Of a stretch of DNA of 64,000 nt, positions 1-13,240 are shown one piece after another (within the stretch, counting starts at the first letter, position 1; every line of letters starts with the position of its first letter). The translations under genes and the position numbers were made by a program. Below the pieces are notes generated by a model that did no database searches, was not told the origin of the DNA, and saw nothing but the letters and a program-made list of their open reading frames with translations. This stretch comes from Raillietiella orientalis (taxonomy: Eukaryota). The stretch lies in the NCBI GenBank assembly GCA_036172245.1, contig JAYWIR010000026.1, positions 1,426,001-1,490,000 on the forward strand, given 5' to 3'.

Positions 1-1699
1 GGGCGATTGCAAAACCGGCAATTTCCAAGGGTTCGGAGAAGATGCGCTCGGCAGACGGAAAACGTGATTAGGAAATGAAACGTCGAGCGGGGTGTCACAG
101 GAGGGAAGTCCCCCGAGAAGTTCCACGATTTCCTGCATAATTTGGGGAAGGGTCTCCCCCTCCCCCATAAAAACAAGAAGATAATTGCCCCCTGCTTTTC
201 TTCCTTCCCTTCCCCCACTCACTCCTCCCTCCTCCCCTCTCCCTCCCGGAAAAGCGCAGGGAAGCGCTCGTGCCGCTCTCCTCGGCAGCAGCGATTCCGA
301 CAAGGCGGGAGGGAAGCAGAGGAGGCGCCGCCGTACGAGAAGAGAGAGGAAGAACGGCCTCAGGAGAGAAGTCGCCGCCGCCTCTTGAGCCCGCGAGGAA
401 GACTCGGATGCTGAGCTGTCCCGCATCGCCGTTCCTACGAGGCTGCGTCGAGCTCGCGCGAGCGCCTGCCAACAGCTGCGCCGGCTCCTGCTGTTCGAAG
501 GAAGGCCGCGCGCGTCCTGGTCATCGCCGCCCTCTGTGTGTGCGCACGGGAGAGAATCCCGTACTGAGGACATGCCGCGGGGAAGGGAAGGGGGGGGGGA
601 AGTTGCTGGCGTCTGAGATGTGGCTCAGGGTCGGATCTGCTCTGAGCGAATCGGCGCTGGAAAAAGCGCGCCCGGGTCGAAAAATTCCACTTCCGAGTGC
701 GGAGGGCAACTCCGCCTCGAGCCCAGCTGTCACGAATTCGATTGCTCGCACGCTGGAAGCTGACAGATTTCTCGTGTGGTTGATTTATTAACTCCTCACG
801 AGGATTCATCTCTCCGGAGCTCCCGGATGGCGCGAGGAGCTCCTGCCGAGATCTCCTCACGAACCCCCCCGCGTCTTTCCGAGGAGCTCCTGCTCGCACC
901 CGACGCACAGCAGCCTCCTTCTTCGCCCTCCCCTCACCAGTGACGCGGCTGCAGTGGGTGGGAAGCGGTGTCAACGTGCCGTTTGTTCCGACCAGGGTCG
1001 ACTCCACCACCCTACGCTCGATGGGTCCCATCAGGTGGATGGACGTCCTATTCGAGGAGCGACTGCTGCTTGATTGCTTGCAGCTTGACGGCCATCAGCA
1101 GCCAGCCGACGCCAACAACACCCCTCCCCCCCTTTCAGGTGTCTAGCGCTCCTGGTGAGACAGAACGGCGATCCCCGGCCTCGCCGTTTCCGGGGAAACG
1201 ATGATTTCGATCTCGGAGTTTTTCTTTGCGTCTCCTGGACAGTCCATCGTCCCTGATAACTTGGCTCAAAACGAACACGAGAAGGCTGACCTCCGCTCCC
1301 AGACTTCACTCGATCTCCCCTAATTGGCCATCCTAGGAGGGCCATCGTTTGTCCAGGTGGGCACAGATCGTCTTCCTGCCGATTATCGCTTGGCAGGGGT
1401 CTCCATCGCGGCCTCCTGTCTCCGCCCACTGCAGCTCTTTTTCTTCTTCTTCTCCGTCTTCTGCACACCCACCCGGAAGGAAAGGCGACTTCGAGATCTG
1501 CCGTCACGAGGACTCCACGTGCCGAGGGCGCCTGAAGCGACCAGTGTCGCCCAATCTCCCCCCCTCGCTCCCCCGGGATTTCTCGGGAAATGCGATGCCT
1601 TTATTTTCAGCCCGACGGCGGCGGTGCCTCCGTCGGAGAGTGCAGAACATCCCCAGAGGGCGCGGAAGATCGCAGAACCCCGGGAGCGGGGTCAGGAAA

Positions 1700-4600
1700 C
1701 TCCATCGAACTCACGAGGACTACGGGACCCTGGATCCTCCGAGGCCGCCAGATGCGCAATCAGCTTCTGAGGATCAGGTCAAGGGAGTTCTCCGCGATGA
1801 CGAGCATCGCTCACCAATCATCCCGTGGATGACAGAGCTCGTCGAATTCCTACCTTCTCTTCTTCCTGTTTCCGCGTCCTATTAATAGATCGCAGATTCC
1901 AGTCTCGCGTGTGATCTTCATCTTCTTTGACTTTTTAATTTCGGAAGATTGCGGCTCGCCCGCCGCCGCCTCTCGCCAAGCGTTCCTCGAGGTGGACATA
2001 AATCCCGATAGCTGTCTTGCGAGTGCTGCTCTGTCATTCGTTCTTAAAGAGGAACGCCGACCGCCGGCGCAAGAAGAGTCCACCAATGCGGGGGGACAAG
2101 TGGTTGAAGCGACCACATGAGAGAATCGCGTGAGATCGTCATTTCGCTCTACCTCAGGTGCCCACCCAACCACACACTCCTCTGCGCGCGGCAGTTGCGG
2201 AGGAGCACCCTCACGAGTGCCCCTGGTGGTGGTGGTGGTTCGCAGAAACGCCTGCTCGGGATCCTCGGGGAACCGGGCCGAAAGTTTCGCGGGTCGCCTT
2301 TCTCAGCTCCCAGGCAACTAGGTCGAAAGGCCCTTGCTGCCTATATGCTCCTCCTCCCCACCCGCTCCTGATAGCGCATGCTTTCCTCAGGACCGCTGGG
2401 AGCGCCCCTCCTCTTCCCGCGAGAAGAGACGCTCCACCTTCTTCCCAAAGCAGGGAACGGACGCCGGCAATGAGGAGCGCGCGCGAAGCCGCGCCTCTGG
2501 CGGTGCTGAATTTTCCGCAGTTCCCCGGATCGGATCGCCTTCTCTTCGTCTCGTTCCTTCTTTCGACGGCTGCTCCAGAGGAGATGATCCGCGAAGATGA
2601 GAAACTCCTCCTTCCCTTCCGTCGCCCTCGCCGCGACAGCTTCCAAGGCTGCACCATTCTTCCTTGCTCTGCTTCCTTCTCAAAACAGCGCGCTGGTGAC
2701 CCCGTCAGATGGCTCTCAGGCAACGGTGGGTCTCTATGGCGCTCGCGCTCCGGACTGATCGTCCGGGTCATCCGGAACCTCGCCTGGAAGCGGTTGCTCG
2801 GCTTCCCTGCAGTTACCGGACGGAACCATCCAGGAAGCGGGAGTCCTGGGAGGCACGATCCATTAGGTCCTGTTAGCCTAGAGTGGTCCTCCGGGTGTTG
2901 TCCGTTTCGGAGACGACTTCTTTCCTTCTAACAGAGGTCAGGACCCGGCCACAGGGAGAACAACATGGGAACAGTTCTTAGCCAGAGGGAACGATGGAAC
3001 CGCGTCCGGAGAGAGCGATCCGGCCCGACGATGTCCCAAGGACGGTCCACCCCATCGTGTGCCTCCTGAAAGATTCAACGATCCTGCGAAGGTGGCCTCA
3101 CCTCGTTTCCCCAGAAGCACACAGCAGCAAGAGCAGGAAGGTGGAGGGTTGAGGTGGATGGGTAGGTTCTTAGCCTGTGAAGGGATGGAGGCTGGAAAGT
3201 TCCCGTCTGCTCCCCGTCCCTCCTGCAGCTCCCCGGGCGTACCCGGGTGGAAACCCTCCTGCAGTTCCTTGGGCACTTCGCCACCAGAAGGGAGGAAGGC
3301 ACCCTCGGTATTCCTCCTTCCTCTCCCCATTTCCAAGATCAGGGGAAAAGTTTTTTATTTTTTCTCTCCCTCTCTCTTTCTTCCCTTCTTCCTTCCCGTG
3401 GACCTCCAGCGATTTTTTTCGTTTCTCTCTGCCGAGGTCTCCCTGCGTCCCTGCGCTTGAGGAGCCCGCATTCGGCGGGCCTGCAGTCTCTCCGAGGAGC
3501 GACTGCTGACCGACGGCGGCCTGTCCAGATACGAAGAGCGCCTCTACCAGAGGACCAGTGCTTCCCGCAGCCGACACACCCGCCCACGGGCGCACCCCGA
3601 CCTGCCGCTGCAACGCATCTGCAGCAGCAGCAGCAGCCCAGCCTCCCTACGAAATCAAGTTGGGAAACCCAAGGTGACCGCAAATTGCTCACGTACCATC
3701 GTTTTCACATGTCACGATAATCTTCAGGGACATGTTGATGACCTTGGCGTTATAATTTGATAAGCTAATCGCTCTCTCCTGCGTTACCGGCTACCATTTC
3801 CTCCTCTTCTTCTTCTTCCTCTTCTACTTCTTCCTCTTCTTCTTCCCTCTTCTTCTTCTTCATCTTCATTTTCTCTCTCCCTCTCTCCCCCCTCCCCCTT
3901 CCAATCCCTCCCCCCTTCCAGAAAAAACGATCACACAATGCACGCGCGGGAAGAGGGCAAGCCTGGTTTCCATAGGAACACGACGGCATCGCTCGCAGGA
4001 TTCTGCGAACGCACGTCTTCCGAAATCTTGCTTAATTGTTTCAAGGTCAGAGGATTCCAAGCTCCCGGAGACGCGAGCTCGGGGAGCACCGATGCGGAAC
4101 GGATCGGAAGGCCCCTGCAGGAGCCGGACCAGCAGCAGCAGCAGCAGAAGCCACAGCAGTAGCGGGAGTTTTCCGGCCTCGGGCAGAGGTTCCCCACCAC
4201 CACCACACACACGCGCACTCCCCGTTTCCCACTCTCTCACCCTTTCCTCCTCCCCTGCTGCCCCTTTTCCTAGCGGGAGCGCTCCTCCCGGAGGCGACCC
4301 GCTCGAGCGGAGGTGGAACGTGCAGCCGACGTCCAGAAAAGTGTGGTCGGCAGAGTGCGCGAGGTCACCCGGAAGCTGTCCCCCTTCCCCTTCCCTGCCC
4401 TCCCTTTTCCTTTCCTCGAGCAAACCGTCCGGGCGAGCGTGCACCTCGTGGGCGCGCAGCGAAGAGGACGCACTCGTCGGGACGGCTTGCTCCCCGGCGT
4501 CCGCGCCGTGCTTAGCGCGGACGCCGGGAGCCACTGCACGTTGACGTAACAGGGGCGCACACACTGATGGGGCCTCTACAGACGCGCGGGATGCGCCTGC

Positions 4601-6850
4601 GAGCCCGAATACATCCCCACCCTACACCCCGAACGACCCCTCTCGCTGGGGAATAGCTCGTATCGAGCTTCCCGCTCCTCCGCAGGTTCTGTCTCCTTGG
4701 AACCCCTCCCCCCCTCCCTTCCGACGAAAGCAGATCGGCAGGGCGTCAAATCTCGGACGAGGAGACCCTCAGATATGGCGCTCTCGAGGACAGGAGCGTC
4801 CGCTGTCCAGAAGCAGAACTCCCTCTCGAAGGTGGAGGAGGAGCGCTCGGATCCGGACTGCCCCCTTCCTCCCAGATCCGTGGTGGGAAAGGGGGTCGGC
4901 GGAAGGGACTTCTGACTCCTCACTCTTTCCGACTGGCGTGGCGACTCTGGGACAAACCTTCCCCCGAGGCGACCAACCGAAGCGCCCGGTGGGAAGGTGG
5001 TCTCCTTCCCAAGGAGCTTCCCTTGGCGCCCTCTCTAGTCACGCTGGCGCTTCCATTCCCCCAACCCGAGGAGCCACCCTCTCCCGAAGGGAAATCGTCG
5101 CGACCTCCGCGCGTGCAGCGCGGCAGCAGCAGCGCGCGGGGGTCACGGCGCTTCACCCGACCCCGAGGCTCTCCAAGGGCAAAAGAGGAGTCAGAGACAG
5201 AGGCAGCGAGATCCGCCTCTAAGTCGGATGTCCCCTCCTCCTCCCTTCCGCTTTCCTACCTGGAAACGGCAGTGGCATTCCCCCCCGAGAGTCCCTCCCA
5301 TTTCTCCTGGATTCCCGATCCCTCCGGCTGGAGAAAGTCACCCTCCCGAGGTGCGGCCCTTTTGCCGAAGGGGAACAGCTCTCATGGAGTCGCGAGCTGA
5401 TCCTGGAGCAGGAATGAGCCCGCGTCTCTCCTGAATTCCCAGGCTCCAGGACAGCGGACCTCCAGCTTTCGCCTGCCGCGCGGCATCTCGTTCCCGGAAA
5501 CATCGTCTCCGCGGGAAGAAGGGTCATGGGTGGGTTCAACGAGATTATCCAGACCGCATGCCCCTCTCCCTTATTCCCGCCCTGCAGCTGCGAAATCAGA
5601 GAAAGGAGCAGGAGAAGGCCATCTCGTGGCATCTTTGCCATTTCTTTCCTCCTCGCCACCCCGCGGCTCCAGGGTTTGCATACCTTTCGCCAGGAAACGG
5701 TTCCCGGAGGCTTCTCCGGAGAAAGGGGGTTCTTCCGGAGTCCTGGTTCATACTGTTCACCTCCCTGCTTTTCTCCATCGTCTCCTCTCCCTGCCACGGC
5801 CACGCTCCTCTTCCGCTAGCGGTGGCTTCCCTAAGCCCACCGTGGACCCCCACCCTAAGAGGATCGCGTGGTCGAACCCGACGCCTTCAAGGCCGAGCGA
5901 GTGATTCCAGAAAACCTAGCTGCGAGAGGGGACCGTGCGCACGCCCCTTGTCGACTGTCTCGGGCTGCGGGAGGCTGCAAGAGATGTGCCGGAAAGACCG
6001 GAAATCAAGGCAGATCCCTGACGCGCGTCCTTGCGATCCACGGTGATCTTACCAGAGGCGAGGGACCCTGGAGAACTCCTGCTCTCCGTTTCCCTCCTTA
6101 GGAAGAGCTAGAGAATCGGGAGACCAAGAAGAAGAAGGGGAGGAGGGAGAGGTTTGAAGGGAGAAAAGAAAAGAGGACGGTGAGAAAGATAGTAACCATG
6201 GATATCCCTTACCTCAGCACCAGCTTGAGGAGGACTTTGATGGATATCTTGAAGATCGTCTGTGGAAGAGGGAATACTCCAGGAAGAAGTCGTCCTCAGT
6301 GGTTCTGACAAGTCTTCCTGGCCTAGGCAGGTCCTTTTCCTCCCACGGAGCTGCTCTCCCACAAGCTACAAACGACATTGCCCATAGCAACCTGCGGCAT
6401 TCTAGCCTCTCTTTGCGTCCTACCGAACTGACGTTCGGTAGGACGCAAAGAGAGGCTAGAATCATCAGCATCAGCATCGCCCTGCACATCCTCTGGGAGT
6501 CGCCAAAGGAAGCAGATCAGAGATCGGGAAGCCTCCCATCACTCGACCCCATGTGTTTTCCTCTCCCTCTTGTCCCATTTCTTCTCCCCCTGTCCCCAGA
6601 ATCGCCTCCCTGTGATTGAATCCCTGAAGCTCAAAGAACCCATTTCCCCCCCCCGCGCGCGCAGCTCCTTAATCCTTTTCCTCTTACACCTTTCTAGGGC
6701 CGTGGGTCAGAAATCCTGGAGGCATCCTCCTGACCTGGAGTCCTTCTCTAAGGTTTTCTGGAACGTCCTTCTCGCTCGCCGAGGGATCACTCCGAGGAAG
6801 GGGAGCAGCGCACCGAAGAGTGGGAAGGGCACTCAGCCGGGTTGACGGTC
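1700..6850 (-). mobile_element. Heavily decayed non-LTR retrotransposon (L1-like ORF2) remnants
   Basis: Only weak motif echoes remain: PWSRGVARRKEMAKMPRDGLLLLLSLISQLQ (~5590-5680), resembling the post-RT 'GGLGL' region, and an RT-like AMLVIAENSLDLILRS..SSMEFPD (~1690-1810). Boundaries are uncertain. Confidence 0.3.
3800..3915. repeat. Polypyrimidine low-complexity tract with (CTT/CCT)n microsatellite
   Basis: Directly visible tcttcttc/cctcct repeats followed by a C/T-rich run. Confidence 0.9.
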
Positions 6851-7255
6851 CGTGGGGTCACGGAGGATCCGCTCTTGTCCTCGCCACTCTGAAAGCAGCT
6901 CCCTGGGTTCAGACGACCTCGCCGGGTGGCAGCACCGTCAGCGCTCCCAGGAGCTCGGCGGGACCTCGGTGGGCCTCTCACTCGGTTGGCCCTGACTCTT
7001 CCCGACGTGGAACGAGGGAGAGTAAGACCGAGACGGGGACGTCTCCTCGTCGCTTCTGGTCAGTGCTGTCGGAACAGCTGGCAGGGTCCGCGATCCCCTG
7101 AGGCAGCGCCAATTCAACCCTCTACAGCCGTTTCCGGAAAAAGCGGCGGATGGTGGACTGTCGCTTACTTTTCCTTCGTCTCGGATAACTTCGAGGATGC
7201 TATCGGCAACAGTCCTTCCCATGCAAGACTGTCTTCGCGGTGAATCGCTCCTGGG

Positions 7256-7960
7256 TTGAGCAACAGGAATATCTTACAGGAGCGGAACGAAAATATCCCA
7301 TCGTTGGCAGCATTGAGTTCAGCAGGAGGTTTCATCAGAAGAGTCGCACTTGGAGCATACCGGGAAGCCTCAAGGCGGAACTCCAGCTTTCGTCTTCAGA
7401 CTGTGCACTCAATGAGTGAGAGGAGGAAGAAGAGTGGAGGGGGGAAAGTCGAAGCGAAAAGGTCGCCTCTCGATACTGACTCACAAACTGAACCACTGCA
7501 TGAGGTACTTCTCTCCTATACACAGCCATGCATGATGCCATAGTCGAAAGACTATCAGCAGTTGCGAAGAGTACCGCAGGTTGGACGTTGGTGTCAGCCA
7601 AAAGGACCGTGCCTGGGTCCGACTCCAAACCAAGACCGAATCTGGTGTTGCAGAAGGCGAATCGGATGTTTATCTCCGATGTCTTTTTGTCCCTTCTAGA
7701 ACAAGGAAGAGGTATGCAGCCTCACAAGATCGGAAAAAGAAAAGCAATACCAGGAGATCGCCTTGTTGCTTACGAGAAAAGGTCTCGGGATCAAGCACTT
7801 GCATTTATTGTAGGTGCACTGGGATCGTGGAACCCTCGGACGATGGTCTCATCCGAGAGTTGGGGATCCCGAAGTGGTATACGGATGCAGTGAGGCACTC
7901 GATGATGATGTCCCATGCATCCAGTACGGTAGGGACATCTAGTGGACGCACCGTCTAGGG
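7256..7960 (+). mobile_element. Decayed 3' fragment of an RLE-type (R2-group, NeSL/Utopia-like) non-LTR retrotransposon, restriction-like endonuclease region
   Basis: Across frameshifts it reads HDAIVERL...W.LVS..TVPG...RPNLVL.K...FISDV...FIVGALGSWNP and ..DGLIRELGIPKWY..VRHSM. This matches the RHD / RPDLV / DVT / VGALGSW motifs of RLE elements. An AATAAA lies at ~8056. Confidence 0.75.
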
Positions 7961-10900
7961 TATCCTCCAGATGATTCCACTAATCTGCAACAAGAAGCAG
8001 TAGCAGAGGACGGGTCCCCCTTTTAGCCCATGAGAATTAAACATCGTTTTAGCCCAATAAAAAGATACTGAAGAGCCATCCAGTTTAATTTTTTTTGTAT
8101 ATATTTGTGATGTTCTTCCGTTCGTATCGTCTCAATGCAAGATTAGTGTTCGTTACTCGTGAAAGTGTTCCCGAATGCTTCAGTGTCCTGTATAGGGAAT
8201 GTCGTACCCTTCGATAAAAGTGTTTATAAGTGTTTATTGTCCCGACAGCAGTATTGAAGACCCGGTGTTGGTAGTCCCTCAGACACCAACGGGCTAGGAC
8301 TGATTTTTGTGCCTCTGTGTAGGGAAAGCTGAGAGCCACTGCTCGACGTTTTCCTCCCGTCTTCCGTCGTGCCTTTCCTCAGAACTCTGTCTCGCCCATA
8401 CTCCGAAGTGTACACCAAGCGTAGAACCCGTTGGGGATTCCATCTTTCTTCCGATGTGTCAGGACTTGTCCGAATGCCGACCAGAGGTCGCTACTAAACT
8501 GAATCACATCGAGCGAGTCATAAAGGCACGAGGGGTTTCGAAATTCCAAGAAGGTAAAGTTCAAAGACAGAGACAAGGAAGGTCCTACAAGGCCTAATTC
8601 ACATGTGCTAAAATCCTCTGCACCAATCTTGGGTCATAAAAACTGATTTCCTCGCACAAATACATATGGGAGGAAAAGAAAACACGCGCGCGCGCATTTG
8701 AGTGTTCAGCACCATAATCCATGGATGGATTTGTTTGTTCAGAGATCGATACCTCTTGACATCAGTAGCTTCGAGCATCTGTAGCCTTCCCGTAATCTCT
8801 TCCACTGACTCTAGCAGACCGCGCAGACTTTGAAGCCACTGCAGAGAAGCGAGCTGCATTTGTTTGCTGGAAACTGTTTCGTAAGGCCTACAAGTACGAA
8901 AGGCATGTATAAAATGAAGTATGGGCCTATTTAATTATATAAAGACTGCAATTTGTTAGCAGACCAATCACCGTCCCTCAGAACAATATGCAGTAGGTGG
9001 AGGAAAAAAATTATGGGAGCAAGGAGAGACAGAAGTGGAGGAAAGGAAGAGCGAAGGTGAAGAACGCTGCTGGCTTCGTCTGATGACTGTTCCTCAGGTG
9101 GGGAAGTAAATTTCTGTACATATTTCTCATTTTTCCATTATTAGGTAGGAGGACTTTGCTTGAAACTTTTTTCCCGTCTTGCCCCTGCCAGCTCCTACGT
9201 CTCCAGCTACTCTCTCCATGAAGGCTAGCTATGAAGGATCCCATGGCACTACAGCTTCTAGATGCTAAGCTGCTGAGAGAAAGTGTGATGTTCCTCGGAT
9301 TTGCAGTAGAGATCATGCAGAGCAGAAACGTAATTAGCTAAGGACTCAAATGCCTGGACTCCTACATGAAGGTCAAGAGACTTTCTCTGCAGCCTCACTC
9401 ACGTCTAACAGAAACTCTCAAATAATACAGTATTCCATAGTGAAGTAATGGGGCTTCTTATTGCTAACAATAGGTCCTTAGCATCACGAAGAGTTAAGTG
9501 GTTTTTCCGTGTGATGATTGCGAAAATTTTGCGGTAGGAATGCTTGCAGTCTAAGACGGCCATCGAGTGCCACTCAGATTCTTTGGTGCAACCTTTCGTC
9601 ACCTTACGTTCAGTCCTGCCAGTTTCACAAGTTGCTGTTCCTTCTTGAATTCTTCTCCTCACCTACTGCATGTACAGTGCTCCGAAATGGTATGGTGTAT
9701 TCAAGGCATAGTTGAGTAATTTCGACCATTTGATATCAGCCAAGTTCAAGCTTTCCATGTCTGATTATTTACTAGGAAGTAACGTATGAATTCATTTACT
9801 CAACTCTTCCTCATTATCTGTCAAATAGGCTTGCAGTCTTCGATCCTTGAAAGATGTTAGCAGAGTATTGCTTCAGAGGACTCTATGCTTACACTGTATT
9901 TTTACAGCTCAGTTCCGAATCTTTGGGACAGTCTCATAGGTTTTGGATGATCATAAAGCCACCCACAACTATAAAAGCCTCTTCGGCTTCATGTTTAGAA
10001 TTTCTGTTGTGCAAGATAAAGCACGGTTGATCACAATGTAATATTTCAGAAGAGATGGCAACTAAAGATCGTAGCTAGGAATCATAATTAGCACCATTTC
10101 GCAACATATGTTGCAGAGTATGTCCGGTCAGAATTTCCCTTGCTCATCGACATGCTTTGGTAGGAAAGGGTCACACGAATTCCAGTCACAGTATTAAAAT
10201 ACCAAGGAAATTGCCAGTTGTACTCCTCGTTTAATTTCAATGTTCCTTCGCAAACTCGGTCCACTCTCGCACAAAAATTTAATTACTCGACCAATTAGCT
10301 TCCACAGATCGCTGCAGCATTTCAGCCCTCGTACCATCCTGTTGTGTAATTGCTGCTTTTTCATGCACAAGCTCTTTCTATTCAGGAAACTTCATAACCC
10401 AACAGTACCAAAAGAGCACAACTTCTTCCAGGAGCCGAAGCATCTTGGATAATGATATGCTGCTCTAAATCCTTTCCGGTGTGTTCTCTCTGGCCGAGTT
10501 TGTGTGTCACATAAGAATGCATGGATTTATGATCGCCAGTGTCCGAACTTCCCTGTTCTTGCTGCTTGGCTATCGTGCTGCTGCTGACCGTTTCCGCAGC
10601 ACCGGTGAAAAGTTGGCAGCAGTGGCTCGGAAGCCATTTGTAGGTGGCTTGGCTGAAACAGTCTAGGATGTGAATCGTATCTCACGGTGTCTGTCTGCAG
10701 CTAGAATCCAGCTTCTCTAATTCACAATGCACAATCTAAAAAAGTTTTGCAATTTGCAACCCTTCCGCTTCAATGAAATCAAGACTTCATTCGGATGGCA
10801 TTCATCTTCCTCATTTCCGTCATGCAGTTCGTTGGATTCATTTGGTTTGCTCTGTCTGCATTTCCCCGGGTTTGGGATAAGCAATCTGGAAACTAGTGTT

Positions 10901-13240
10901 GAAAACAACTGGGCATCGGTACCTTATCTAAAAGTTTTACTATTCATTTTCTCTAAATCATTCGTTAACTATCATTTCTCGTCATTTTTCTCTCTTCAAT
11001 CGCTTAAATTACATGGCGTCTTTTAAAGGAAGCTCGTAGAAATAGAAAAAATGCTGCTTCGAGGATCATACATCCGTAATGGATTGTACCGCTCGACGTA
11101 ACATAAGTATTTGAACGAAAATATTGGCAAAGTTTTTTAAAGAAGCGAACTCAGCCTTAGAACGCCACCAGTTCACCTCGTGTCTGACTTCCTCTTGACC
11201 ACTGAGGAATGGCAAAAATAATTACATGTTTTGAGGTCTGCGCTGTATGCTCGCGTTACAAGAGATGGTCCAGAGGTGTTACGGAAAGACTGGACTAAAA
11301 TACCTTGTGGCATCTGGACGATGGGTCAGTCTTCAAACTAAGTCCCTGCTTTGCGCCTTAGTTACGATAGATGAGTAACTCTGTCACAACTTGGAACTAA
11401 TGTATCGGACTGCATTGTGAAGCATTCCACAGTTCATCTTATATTGCTTTATTTGTTATGTGCATTCAGCTTCTCCTCGTAAGGAAGTCGATTGTTCCGT
11501 TCATTTACAAACAAACAAAAAAAAAAAGCACTTCAGAAAGCCGACATGAGGAAACAGCACTATATCCTCCTATGCGCTATACATTAGTTGGACCATTGTG
11601 CACTGTAGAAGATTCTAATGCTTTATGTGAGGTATGACAGGATACTTTGTGTAGGCTGTGGATGCGCTATGTAAACTTTTTGTACCATCTATATACATTG
11701 TGGGAAGGTTGTGTTTTTATAACAACCTGTTCATATATTCCTATTTTACGCTTTCAGTTGGTATTAAGCACGAAAATTATCGTTCTCGTCCATTATGGAG
11801 GATGACAGCTTCCACGAAACCAGAACCAAGTGCTTTCTAAAAGAATTCCTCATCCTTTTTGGACCAGTTTGTAAATACTCACGCAGAATCGGTGTGACTT
11901 CGAAACTTTTGCTTCTCTTTGAGGCACTCTGATGTGCAGTTTTTATCGACTCCAATATCCTGCAGGTTTTCTCAAAAACATTGAAATAGAAGCACCGAGC
12001 TAAAGTAGAAGTGGTTGTTTTATTTGCAGAACACGCATCTGTTTAGATCGTTTGAGAGCAGCTGCACTCAGGAGCCCGTGTTGCAGCTGGACAACTCACC
12101 TACAAACTAAAATATTGCTTTCAGTGAAACAAATTATGACCAAAAGGAACTGCTTTCTGCGACTACCCATTGTGGAAAGTGCATTGCTGGATTTGAGAGC
12201 AGCCGACTTGCTCTGAAGGAGTTCCAGGGTTTGGAGGAGCTGGTACGAGGAACCAGGGTTGCCCCTGCACTGCATCGAAATCCTGGAGGTAATTCCACGA
12301 AGGGACAACTTCCGTTGGTTTGATTTGCATGGCCCCGAGAACGAAACACCTGGTTTTTCAAACACCGGAAGCCCAAGAAATGCCGTCTTCGACCGTGGTG
12401 GATGGAGAGGCGTGTTTCGTGTTCCTCTGAATTTGCTCCACGATGCAAACCCAGTTGCTCGGAAATGGGGACTTTGCCTCGATTTTCTTCGTAGATCATG
12501 ACACCCGGGTCCGGTAAATAGTTTCCTGTTTTTTCATCCAGCTTCTTGCTCTGCCTGAAATCACATGGTCCAAGCTCCGGACCAGAGCACTTTTTTCTCT
12601 TCTGGTTGCAAAGGGCAACTGTGGCTGTGTTGGTTCAAACCGAACGCACCGCAAAAGGTTTGTGTTGAGAGTTTTCCCCGATGCTGCATCGTAAACAATT
12701 TCACCATTTCATGGGCACGAACAGAAATGGGGGACCATATTGCACCCGAGTGCTTTTGTTTATACTGTCGTATTTGAAATTTTGATGCAGTTGTTGGATC
12801 AGGGTGGATGTCGTGGTGCACAAAGCATCATCAGTCAGTCCCCGTGGTTTGAAAAGACAGAATCCTTTTTGCGTTTGGTGACCCAAACACCTTGGTGTAT
12901 GTACTGTAAATGCTGATGTTCGGTTTGTGGACGTTAAACTGTTGGAATCCTTGAATCTTTGAAAACTGATGGTGTGATCGCACTGCTCATGGAAAAATTT
13001 ATCCATTTTTTTCATGTTTGTTATTCACTTAATGATTATTCATACCCCAACGTGTACATTTGTACCGTTCTCAGCCCATTGTGAATTTATAAATGGTTTT
13101 GAATGTTTCCAGGGTTAGCCATCAGCATGAGTTTTCAGCATCGGATATTTTGAATACTTTTATTCTATACACATAGTAGCATTCTTCAGCTTCCGAATAA
13201 TTCATTTAGGAGCTTATTCAAAAAGCTGTTCCATTGAAAG

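Noticed and set aside
1053..3508. Shared 16-mer CGAGGAGCGACTGCTG at ~1053 and ~3493
   Set aside because: The flanks do not align and no element is clearly bounded, so this is chance or remote repeat decay.
8085..12560. Minus-strand exon-like pieces (e.g. PYETVSSKQMQLASLQWLQSLRGLLESVEEITGRLQMLEATDVKR|gt; QSKKLDEKTGNYLPDPGVMIYEENRG)
   Set aside because: They could not be joined into a stop-free model or assigned to a family.
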